Of a stretch of DNA of 64,000 nucleotides, positions 38,527 through 50,579 are shown piece by piece. The stretch comes from Octopus sinensis. Taxonomy: Eukaryota. How positions within the stretch are numbered: the stretch's first letter is position 1; each line of letters starts with the position of its first letter. The notes under the pieces were generated by a model. The model had not been told where the DNA came from. It worked only from the letters and a program-made list of their open reading frames with translations, and searched no databases. The stretch lies in assembly GCF_006345805.1 (NCBI RefSeq), contig NC_043017.1, positions 11,532,001-11,596,000 on the forward strand, written 5' to 3'. Both the position numbers and the translations under genes were made by a program.

Positions 38527-39288
38527 GTATATGTATGTATGTATATGTATGTATATGTATGTATATATATGTATGTATGTATATGTATGTATATATATGT
38601 ATGTATGTATATGTATGTATGTATGTATATATATGTATATATATGTATGTATATGTATGTATGTATATATATGTATGTATATGTATGTATGTATATATAT
38701 GTATATATGTATGTATGTATGTATATATATGTATATATATGTATGTATATGTATGTATGTATATATATGTATATGTATGTATGTATATATAGTATGTATA
38801 TATTGTATGTATATGTATGTAATATATGTATATATATGTATGTATATATATGTATATATATATATATGTATGTATATATATGTATATATATGTATGTATA
38901 TATATATATATGTATATATATATGTATATGTATATATGTATATGTATGTATATGTATGTATGTATATGTATATATAGTATGTATATGTATGTATGTATAG
39001 TATGTTGTATATATATGTATATATATGTATGTATATATATATGTAATATATATGTATGTATATATATATGTATATATATGTATGTATATATGTATGTATG
39101 TATATATAGTATATATATGTGTATATATGTATGTGTATATGTATTATTATATCTATGTATATATATTGTATATATGTATGTGTATATGTATGTATATATA
39201 TATATTATATATATGTATGTTATGTATGTATGTATATATATATGTATATATATATGTATATATATGTATGTATATGTATGTATGTATG

Positions 39289-39323
<35 letters not shown>

Positions 39324-39841
39324 GTATGTATGTATGTATATATGTATATATATGTATGTATGTATATATATATGTATGTATATGTATGTATGTATATATA
39401 TGTATATATGTATGTATGTATATATATGTATATATATGTATGTATGTATATATATGTATATATATGTATGTATGTATATATATATGTATATATATGTATG
39501 TATGTATATATATATGTATATATATGTATGTATGTATATATATATGTATATATATGTATGTATGTATATATATATGTATATATGTATGTATGTATATATA
39601 TATATGTATATATTGTATGTATGTATATATATTATGTATATATGTATGTATATAGTTATGTATGTATGTATATGTATGTGTATATATGTATGTGTATATA
39701 TGTGTATGTATATGTATGTGTATATATGTATGTATATGTAGTATGTTGTATATATATATATATTATGTGTATATATATGTGTGTGTATATATATATATTA
39801 TTATATATATATATATATAGATATATATATATATATATATA
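33980..39841. repeat. 5.9-kb (TA)n/(TATG)n mosaic low-complexity tract
   Basis: Plus strand is almost only A, T and G in alternating purine-pyrimidine order. Confidence 0.97.
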
Positions 39842-40709
39842 ATGTCTGCAACAAGTATTTTTGCAGCTGCTTTCTTCCACGTTGTTCTATGAATCTTATG
39901 ATTTTTTAAATAAATTCACATCTGGTTCTTGCACTGACACAGACTGACATAAACACAGTTATTATAGTTCAGCCCCAGTTCAACCTTGATCCAGTAAACC
40001 AGTGTTTTTCAACCAATTTTTGGGCCCCTTTGATTCCTGTTCTACTCTACTGGACCTCCACAGCCATTCACTGTAGATATATATATATATATATTTAAAA
40101 AAATCCTGCATGTGACCAGCAGTTTTGAAGGAAGGGGTGTTAGTTGATACAACCGATAAAATAGACTAGCAGCATTTGACTTGTACTATATTTCATTGAC
40201 CCCCAGATGGCTGAAAGGCAAAATGACCTCTGTGGGATTTGATCTCAGAATGTAATGAGCCAGAACAATAGTACAAAGCATTTCGTCCATTCTCCTCTGA
40301 TTCTGGTAATCCGCCAGGCTTCATCATTATTAGGTGCTCTCTATTCTCTGTAGGTTGAATACCATTCTTACACACTCACCCTACGATAGTTTAGTCCAGT
40401 TCTTGATGCAAGGAAGCCAGTTTGTCTTAAGTCTTCCTTTCAAGGCATTTACCATTTGTCCTTCCTTTTAGCATAGAAAGCTACAAACAAATAAATGGAA
40501 GCAGGCATGACTGTGGGGTTAAAAAGTTTGCCTTGCAAACCACAAGCATTCAGGTTCAATCTGACTGCACTTCACCTGGGGCAAAGTAAGCGTTTTCTAC
40601 TAAGCCCCTGAACCACCAATCAGTATTTTATGAAAGGAATTGTGTGTGTGTGTGTGTGTGTATGAAACTGGAAGAAGCTCAGAACCTCATCATATATGTG
40701 TGTGTGTAT

Positions 40710-40762
<53 letters not shown>

Positions 40763-41303
40763 CTACTACTGCTACTACATGCTATCTGTCCTCAGCTGGT
40801 TGAATATCAGGGATCTCCGTTCAGTTCTTTTCTCTGCCATTCTTACACATTCACCATAAGATAGATCAGTCAAACTAGTTTGTTTTGGGTCTTCCTCTCA
40901 AAGTGTTTGCCATTTATCTTTCCTTCCTGTAGTAGTCTTCAGAGTACATCAGCTTCCTGCTTGTTTTAATTAGGAGAGAGCATTAATCGTTTTGTACTTG
41001 CTAATTAGCACTTCTTCATTCTTAACAGGTCCAGTTCTTGTTAGAGTTTTCATTAATGTCCCTGTTTCTGTGTCTTATAACAGTTTGGATCATATGTAAC
41101 AACATACCACACTTATAATTTCTGAGGTACCAGGACAGAAAATGTTTAGGGGAGGACCCTGGTCAGTGCCGCCAGCACCAGTATTTGACTGCATATCTCA
41201 TCTACCCTGGAAGAATTTACAACAAAGACGATCTTGGTGGGATTTGAACTCAGAACATGAACATCTGGAACAAATGCCACAAAGCCTTTTCTTCAAACAC
41301 CCT

Positions 41304-42120
41304 ACCTGAGAGAAAAGTTGGACATAAGAAGCATCAGACATAGTGTGCAAAAGAGACGACTACGCTGGTATGGTCATGTGTTACATATGGATGATGACAG
41401 CTGTGTGAAAAAGTGTCACACCCAAGCAGTTGAGGGAACCTGTGGAAGAGGTAGACCCAGGAAGACCTGGGATGAGGTGGTGAAGCATGACCATCGAATG
41501 TTGGGCCTCACCGAGGCGATGACACGTGACCGAGACCTTTGGAGATATGCTGTACTGGAGAAGACTCTGGAAGCCAAGTGAGACCGTGACCCATGACCTA
41601 TGCCAGTGCAGTATCATCTGCCCATTTAAGAGTAGCCTTCAGTCATTGGGCAATAAACTGTGCTTGTGAAGACCTATTGAGGCAAGTGAAGTCATCGTTG
41701 TAGCCGATGATAGTACCGCTTGATTGGCACCTGTGCCAGTGGCACGTAAAAAACACCATTCAAGTGTGGTAGATGAACAGTGCCACCTAACTGGTCCCGT
41801 ACCGGTGGCACGTAAAAAGCACCATTTGAGCATGGTCATTGCCAGTACTGCCTGACTGGCTCCTATGCTGGTGGTATATAAAAAGCACCATTCAAGTGTG
41901 GCCGATGCCTGTACCACTTGACTGGCCCTCGTGCTGGTGGCACATAAAAAGCACCCACTACACTTTCGGAGTGGTTGGCGATAGGAAGGGCATCCAGCTG
42001 TAGAAACATTGCCAGATCGGATTGGAGCCTGGTGCAGCCTTCTGGCTCGCCGGCCCTCAGTCAAACTGTCCAATCCATGTCAGCATGGAAAGCAGACATT
42101 TAATGATGATGATGATGATG
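41304..42120 (+). mobile_element. 5'-truncated RTE-clade LINE: ORF C-terminus, 3' UTR with ~60-bp internal repeats, (GAT)n tail
   Basis: RRLRWYGHVLHM...GRGRPRKTWDEVV...DRDLWR is the typical RTE/BovB-like C-terminus; the UTR matches the many short tail copies in the window. Confidence 0.88.
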
Positions 42121-42553
42121 TTTGTGTTTGTCCCCATGCTACACCTTGACAACCAGTGTTGGTTTGTTTACATCCCTGTAACTTAGCAGTTCGGCATGAG
42201 TACTGGAGTTGTTCATTCAGTTAAAACCCTGCAATGCAGTGCCCCAGCATGGCCACAGACCAATGAGCGAAACTAGTAAAAGATTAAAGATATGAGTTTG
42301 TGAGCAACAGTACAAGAGCAAGAACAAGAACAACAGCCAGGCGAAGAAGAGAAAGAAGAGAATTAATCAGGAAATATTAAATATTAAAAATCTGGAACAT
42401 AAACCAGGCTAAGTTGTGGTTTTAATTAATTGTGCCTCAGAGTAAAGCTGTTCTCCATTTGTACAAATATAAATGTGTGTGTGTACATACCATTCTCTAT
42501 GTATGTATGTATGTATGTAGTGTGTGTGTGTGTGTGTGTGTTGTGAGTGTCTA

Positions 42554-42598
<45 letters not shown>

Positions 42599-43350
42599 CA
42601 CTTGCCTGTACTATAAGCATGCTGTATACGTGTGTGTGTGTGTATCCACCCACGCAACTCTCCCCATACACATATATGTACATACCCATCCATCCATACC
42701 TACTCCCACACCCACCCACATACATTTGTGCACATACGAACACACACACATATGGCATCAGAAAGGGTATCTGGACGTGGAAACAAGATGATGATAATGA
42801 TGATGCATACAACCACACATGCACACACACATGCAGATACATGTGTGCATGTTTCGCTTTTATCTTTTACATGTTTCAGTCATTGGACTGCGACCATGCT
42901 GGGGCACCAACTCAAAGGGCTTAATTGAACAAATCACCCCCCCCCCAAGGCTTATATACTAGTTTTAAAGCCTCGTGCTTACCCTGTTGGTCCCTTTTGC
43001 TGAACTGTTATGTTGTGGAGACATCAACAAACTAACACGGGTTGTCAAGTGGTGGTGGTGGTGGATGGACAAGCACAACTATGAAGGCACACACACATAT
43101 ATGATGGGCTTCCTTCAGTTTCCTTCTTCCAAATCTACTCACAAAAGCCTTTGATTGGCTTGAGACTAGCTTCTGAAGCACACGGCCATCCATCCAAACA
43201 TCCCCACATACATACGTACATACATACATACATACATATATAACACATGCGTATATACATAAATAAATGCATACACACATACATACGTACATGCATATAT
43301 ATGTAATACATACATACATATATGCATGCATATATACATGCATACATATA

Positions 43351-43397
<47 letters not shown>

Positions 43398-43471
43398 AAT
43401 GTGACCGCGTGTGTACCGTTGGCGATTTTTTTTCCTCCGTCTTCCTTTCTTTGGATCTTTCCTTCTCCTAT

Positions 43472-43506
43472 GTTTCTGACGAAGAGCTCCGCTCGAAACG
43501 TTAAAC
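43472..43506 (+). ncRNA. Minimal hammerhead variant in a ~200-bp Penelope-type element (43400-43596)
   Basis: GUUU-CUGACGA-A-GAGC(UCC)GCUC-GAAA-CG-UU/AAAC; ACGU palindrome in place of helix III, as in dimer-cleaving minimal variants. Confidence 0.7.
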
Positions 43507-43595
43507 CCTCCTTCTTTCCTGAGCGTCCAATAACACTATACTTGTTCCACGTCCTCGTGTTGTTGTGTTTTTTGTGCTTTCATGTTTGGATTAAC

Positions 43596-43626
<31 letters not shown>

Positions 43627-43888
43627 GGTGGTATATTACCAATTTAAAAACCTAAAGGCAAATTTATAGACGTCACTAAAGTGACAGAGGGTACAAAGTA
43701 GCTCCAGCATTGCTAGAAATAGAAGTCAAAACGACTCATTAGTCACAAAAGCACTCTTTTTGTCTTTGTTGTCAATTTACTGAGATAGCGGTTTTGTGGT
43801 TGAGTCATTTTGACTCTTTTTTTTTTTTTACAATGCTGGTGTCAGTTTGTGCCCTTTGTCACTTTAGCGACGTCTGCATGTGTATATA

Positions 43889-43938
<50 letters not shown>

Positions 43939-46101
43939 TAATAACTTGGTGTTAGAACTCAGTATTCAGATGCTTCAGAAACAAAGTGTTAGATGAGTAC
44001 AGAGTGATGATAAGAAATTGGGATGACGAAAGAATAAATGATCATGTTTGAAGCTCTGATGAGAATATAGGGTGACACTCAAGACCTCAACTATGAGTGC
44101 ATTGCATTTAATAACAGAAACAGCTGTAAGCTTATGAATTTCATTTCTTAATTGTTTTTCCTTTGTCATTCTGTAGAATAGTGTGTGTGTGTGATCATAA
44201 ATATGTGTTCTTCTAAAGACTTGAATATTCCTTCAGTTTTACATTAAATTGTCTGATATATACATACATATATATGTGTGTGTGTGTGGTGGCGGCGGCA
44301 CAGTGGACCAGTAGTTAGGGCAGCAGACTTGTGGTTGTAGGATTGCGGTTTTGATTCCCAGACCAGGCGATATGAATGTTTATTGAACGAAAACACCTAA
44401 AGCTCCACAAGGCTCCGGCAGAGGATGGTGGTGACCCCTGCTGTACTCTTTCACCACAACTTTCTCTCACTCTTTCTTCCTGTTTCTGTTGTACCTGTAT
44501 TTCAAAGGGCCAGCCTGGTCACATTCTGTGTCATGCTGAGAACTACATTGAAGGGTACAGGTGTCTGTGGAGTGCTCAGCCAATTGCACGTTAATTTCAC
44601 GAGCTGGCTGTTCCGTTGATCAGATCAACTGGAACCCTTGTCATAACTGACGGAGTGCCACAATATATATATATATATATATATGCAAATATATTTCACT
44701 TAGGCATTGCCAGCACCTTTAAACATTAATGCAAACACACACACACACAACCAGTGTCTTACAGTTTCTTTTAAGTTCTGTATCAACAAAGGTCAGTCAC
44801 CATTGTAACTGGTTCTTTTTCTCTCTTGTTTTTGCATGTTTAATGAAAATTTATCGCAATTTATCACTTGGTGCTTGCTACTGAATAGTGTTGTATTTTT
44901 TAAAAGCTATATTCTGTGACCAATCTTAGATACTTGTCGTGGATTATCTTATTTGTGTGTGTGTGTGTATATTGTGTATGAGACAAGCTACCTAATGTAG
45001 CTTGATAAGTTTCAGCCTCTGTGGCTGTCAAATGTTACCGTCTTACTAAATGCAGTTTTAGTTAGTATTTGTTTGTGTCTGCCTTTTGAAACCAGCTCTT
45101 ATCTTTTTTTTTTGTTTTTTGGATTATTATTATTTACCCAGTAAATCATCCTTGACTGGGGAGATCTATTATCAATAGTATTCTATCGTTGACCATCTCA
45201 AATACCAACAGACTACATTATGCAATATTTTTCATTTTTCTAAGAAAGCAGAGTGTCACATGAGGTTTATTTATATGCATTTTAGATAGAGCAGGTTGAG
45301 TGACAGCTGTATTTGGTTGTTTCATAACATGGCTCTTGTTGTAACTGCTTAGGCCCAAACCAACTCTAATCAAGAAGACCCATGACACAGAAGTTATTAA
45401 TTAGTCACACCAATTAGTTTCAATCAACAGATCACCATTTTCAGTGACCCCCCCTCTCTCTCTCTCTCTGACTCTATCCATCATAATCAAGACGTGTGGC
45501 TTAGTGGTGGGTGGTGTTTGGTTCATCATCACAAGACCATGCGTGCAATTCATAATAGTATGTTATGTCCTTGAGCAAGATTCTTCATTTCATGTTACTC
45601 CAGTCCAATCAGTTGGCAAAAGTGAGTTGTACCTGTAATTCAAAGGGGCCAGTCTTGTCACACTTAATGTACAGTGCTATGCTGTACATTAAGGGTATGC
45701 GTGTCTGTGGAATACTCAGCTGCTTAAACGTTAATTTCACATGCAAGCTTTTCCATTGATCAGGTCAACTGGAACCAGTTAATTATACCATCATCATTAT
45801 CATAATCACTGTCATTATGATTGTAATTACCATTTCAATTGTCTACTTTTCCATGTTTGCATGAGTCAGACAGCATTTGTTGCAGTAGATTTTTTAATGT
45901 TTTTATGGCCTGATGCTGTTTCTACTGCCAACCCTTAGTTGTCTCCAAGCAAGGGGTAACCTTTTCCCCTAATCTGGATAAGATTGCAAACAATTAACAC
46001 CACTTGTATGACAGTGATATATATGTATATATATATATATATATTACAGAGATGTACTTGCATAGCAAGTGACCTGATCTGAGACTGTGTGCTGGAACGA
46101 A

Positions 46102-46390
46102 AACAATTGCAGCATGGAAGGTGTTTATAAGCCATTTAAGAAACACACAAAAACTGTTAGATTCACTTCAACATTTAAATTTAATTTGTCAAAATATTTT
46201 CGTCGCTTTGAGACTGCGACCTATTCACTGACAAAACTCCGAGATGCAGCACGGAGTTTTGTCAGTGAACAGGTCACGGTCTCAAGGCGACGAAAATATT
46301 TTGACAAATTGAATTTAAATATTGAAGTGAATCTAACGGTTTTTGTGTGTTTCTTAAATGGCTTATAAACATCTTCCACGCTGCGATTGT

Positions 46391-46391
<1 letters not shown>
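46102..46391. repeat. 290-bp near-perfect palindrome (fold-back element)
   Basis: 140-bp arms around a 10-nt loop agatgcagca (46242-46251), with few mismatches. Confidence 0.92.
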
Positions 46392-46433
<42 letters not shown>

Positions 46434-48023
46434 AAGAGAATCATCATTCAATGTCCATTTTCCATGCTGGCATGGGTTGGACAATTTGCCAAGCACCATC
46501 AAGTTGCAGGGCACTTTAAGCTCCAGTGTCAGCTTCGACATGTTGCTGAAGCCAGATGTAGCCCTGCTGCTTGCTGGACCACATCAAATTGTCCAACCCA
46601 TGCCCAGCAAGGGCTTCTTTCAGTTTCTATTTACCAAAATACAACATAAAAAAGCAAAAAAAACCAGAAAACAACAACAGCAAGAAGACTACAATCAGAA
46701 ACTTTTATTCTTTATTCTGAGACGGGTTTAACCTTATTTAATTACTTCGTATTTACATTATTAAGCTTCACAAACGTTGTCATTTCTGTTCAGTAATTAC
46801 AATAATTAATTTCAACTGCAGAATAGTCTTTCCACTCCTTCCTTGCCCATCCCCCCCTCTTATGATGTAAGTTCTGATCAGGCATGATCAGGCAAAGATG
46901 TGACTATGTAAAAGTTTCATAACTTGACCCGGAGATACTGCGATGAAGTGGTAGAGTCACTGAGAGCCAGGTAAGATGGCATTTCTCCCAGCTCTTTGTG
47001 TTCCAGGTTCAAATTCCACCAAGGTCAGCTTTGCCTTCTTATCCTTTTGGGGATAAAATAAAGTACCAGTGAAACACTGGGAGGGTCAGTGAAGTCAACT
47101 AGCCTCCTCGCAAACTTCAAACCCTGTACCTCTAGTAGAAAGAATCATAATCGTTAAGGCAGCAGAATCGTTAATGAGTCAGATGAGATGCTTAGCAGCA
47201 TTTCTTCAGCATTAATGTCCTGGGTACAAATTCCACCAAGGTGGACTTTGCCTTTCAGTCTTTTAGGGCCAATAACAAAGTACCAGCTGCATACTGGGGT
47301 TGTGGATGTAATGAACTTGCAATTTCCCTTGGAATTTCTGGCTTTTCTCTCTGGTGAGAAGGGTGTCTATTCTCAGACGGAACCGTGTAGAGTGTCTTGT
47401 CAGAGGAAAGATGGTTCCAGTGGAGCAGCGACCATTTTTGCTGTGGAACCGTATTCCAAACAGGATGTCAATTTAATTACTCTACCAAACTTGTCTGGGA
47501 TGCAGTTAAGTTCCTCATGGACAAATGTTCCTTTCCTTCCCCTCCTCCAGGAAGTTTCAAATCCTAAGTAAATTTGAGCTGAAGTTATTCAGCCACCCTC
47601 AAAGTGAATTACACCACCACCACTGCCACCACCATCACCTCCACCACTGCTGTCAAGGCATTTTAACTGCGACAAGCAAAGCATACAACTTTCCTGTACA
47701 TATCCAATAACAAGCGAATCATTGAGTAAGTAATTATTTAAATGTACTTAATTAAGCATGAAAAATTAGCAAATTTAAAAAAGAAAAGAAAAAATAATTT
47801 ATTCACTGAGGGAGATTACTCAGAGGCGCCATCTGCATGGAAAAATAATAAAGTAAATGTAATTAGCATAATTAATGTAGTGAGGCATTGTGAAGCTAAT
47901 TAAAACAGTATCTTAGATGGATGTTTTGAAAGAAAAACAACTTGAACTTTTTCATATGCAGTTATTTCATTTCATATCATTGAAATTATGTTGCTATTTA
48001 CGAAATCAAATTCTTGTCTTTAA

Positions 48024-48224
48024 CCCTTTCACACTCAATAACTCTGTCAAGCGTTTATTTATTCACATGGTTTTGAATGAATCATGCAATATCTTGTAGC
48101 TTTCAGATTTCAATGATGTGATTGTTTAACTTTTTAGAATGATATTGTAGGGTAGGTGTGAGAGGCCATCTCTGGTTAGTTTGACCATAAATGTTAAAGG
48201 GTTAAATAAAATAATGCTAAAGGG
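48024..48224. mobile_element. piggyBac-like MITE
   Basis: TTAA|CCC...GGG|TTAA termini; related pieces near 9800-9990, 59265-59720 and 61095-61400. Confidence 0.6.
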
Positions 48225-49785
48225 TTAATTTAACCCTTTAGGAGTGGGGGAGAAAGGAACTTGTTTGTCAGCTGAGCAGAGGTGAAGAATGCATGGCCAA
48301 ATGGTTAAGAAGCTTGTTTCACAAAACCGTTGGTTCTAGGTTCAAATCCACAATGAGTCATATTAAGCAGATATTGTTTACTATCATAGGTTTTGGACAA
48401 AGCATTCCTTGTCTTGAGGAAAACCTTATGTAGATGGAAACTGTGCAGAAGCTTGTAAAATTGATACACTGCACCGACCAGCCCTTTGGTGAGATGGTAG
48501 TGGTAGTTGTAATCTATCACTTCACTTAATATAGCCATTCGGTACCTGGGTAGCCTTTAGCAGAATCTGCTGACATGACTGCTTGGTGCCTAATGGTAAT
48601 CCATTTAGGATAAATAAATCTTTCCACCCCTGGATATGAAGCTAGTCTACTTCAGTGTTAAATCACTCAGCTGAGCTGTTTCAAGTTTCCAAACAGAATA
48701 AATTTTTGATTTTATCCTTTTTTCTTTGCTGGATGGGCTTGGAAGGAGAGGCAATGGTCATGGCTATTGTGCAGGACCTTCTTAGATCTGTGAGATTGAT
48801 GCCATTAACCATTTAACATTTAAACTGGCCCCATCCGGCCCAAGTATTCAGCTTGTTTTATCTATGTTCAAACTGTCCCCCCAAAAATGGAAAGAAAATG
48901 CCATGAAACGACAGCAGTAGATTTGAATTAACTAATGAGCCAATGAGAGAGAGAGAGCAGGTACTTCATTATCTTATTACATTTAGCCATCATCATCATC
49001 ATCATCATCAATACACACACACACACACACCTGCAATGAGGACCAATGAATGAGACAGGATAACTAACGAAGCAATAATTAATTCATTTACAAAATTATT
49101 TTTTCTTTTTATCACAGGTCGAAACAGCTTCTGTTTTACCATCAAAGAAGCCACATTGTTTTTGGTTTGTTGTTGGGTTGTTTTTTTTTATGTAATGTCT
49201 ATGCATATGTGTGTGTGTGTGTGTGTGTGTGGTTTTTGTGCAGGCATTCTTTTAGTGGAGGCAGTCATTAGACTACAGCCATTTCTAGAACACAACCTTC
49301 CAGAATTAGTCTCTGATAATGACTTCATCATCATCATCTGCATTTGACGTCTGCTTTCCATGCTAGCATGGGTTGGACTCAATACAACAAATTACATTTT
49401 GTTCCATGCACTGATTTTACAGCTTTGCACACACATATACTCACTTTTACCGATCCTTTGGCCCCTATCTCCTAACATAAAGTTGTCTTTCAGGCTTCAT
49501 GGCCTTGCAAGCTTCAGGCAACCTCACTAGTGCCAGGAGCACATAAACAAGCACCCACTACATGCTGTCAAGGGGTTAGCATTAGGAAGGGCATCCAACT
49601 GTGGAAAATCTGCTTAAGCAGACACTAGAATACAGTGCAGTACCTGGGCCCATCAAATCCTGTTAAACTGTCAACCCCACCTACTCCACAGCCATGCCAG
49701 CATGGAACAGGAACATTAAATAATGCTGCTACTATATATATATACACACATATATATATGTACACACATACATATATGCACACAC

Positions 49786-49825
<40 letters not shown>

Positions 49826-50220
49826 AGCTTCAGTACAGTTTCCATTTATGAAATTTTAATCCCAAGGCATTTGTCAACCTGACCGTATAGTAGAAGACTT
49901 AGGCATACTCCTATGCTGCCATGCAGTGGGACTGACCCCAGAACTACACAGTTGCAAAGCAAACGCCTTAGTTCCACTGCCATTCATATGTCCATGTTTC
50001 ACTATGAAAAATATACAAATGTTTTTGTGGTGGGTTTGTAGAATCAGTAGAGCATCGGACAAAATGCTGTGCAACGTTTAGTTTCATCCCTTTGATAGGG
50101 GGTGAACTCTCTAATAGTTCTGCAGTTGATAAAATTTAAAATACCAGTAATATACTGGATTCGATGTATTCAACTGCAACACTGCCTCCCACCCCCAATC
50201 AATCTATAAATGTTAACGAG

Positions 50221-50254
50221 TTTATTTAAAAAAAATTTTTTGGTATCATTTATT
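50221..50254 (-). terminator. Candidate VPS8 polyadenylation signals (two AATAAA)
   Basis: AATAAA on the minus strand at 50249-50254 and 50221-50226, ~200-230 nt after the stop, followed by a GU-rich stretch; another AATAAA at 50405-50410. The site actually used cannot be determined. Confidence 0.35.
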
Positions 50255-50450
50255 TGTTCTTATTTAGTTTCTTTTTGTTTCTTAATATATGTGTGTATGT
50301 GTGTGTTAGTATGTCTATGTAAGTGAATGTGTGTGTGTGAGGTGTTTGATGCTTTGCAGATAGCTGTATGTTACAATACGAAAGTTATATTACAGTTCAT
50401 TTTTTTTATTATTATTATTATTATTATAATATTTTCTTGTTCTTGTTTTT

Positions 50451-50579
50451 CTAGAAGTAAATCTCGGACCTCGGTGGGGCAAGACGAAGGTTGAAATTTT
50501 CGTTTTTCAGAATGCTGCTTGTTCGTTTCATGGCTGTTTGAGAAGTGGGATTCTTTGAGAGTTCTGTCAAAATGGCCAA
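50451..50579 (-). CDS. VPS8: VPS8 terminal coding exon (LAILTELSKN...ILKNENFNLRLAPPRSEIYF*)
   Basis: Acceptor ttgtttccag, TAG stop; resembles LALLTELSQ...FQNENFQLQLIPPP. Confidence 0.93.
   Translation of the reverse strand: MAILTELSKNPTSQTAMKRTSSILKNENFNLRLAPPRSEIYF

Noticed and set aside
33915-39842. Long ORFs of up to 619 aa (Y/I/M/C/V-rich)
   Set aside because: Translations of TA/TG microsatellite that lacks stop codons by composition.
40380-40480. Good acceptor and GTGAGT donor pair on the minus strand
   Set aside because: Stops in all three frames, and similar sequence recurs near 40870-40930, suggesting a repeat fragment.
49100-49170. Strong plus-strand acceptor (ttttttctttttatcacag)
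   Set aside because: The short downstream frames match nothing recognisable and no partner exons were found.
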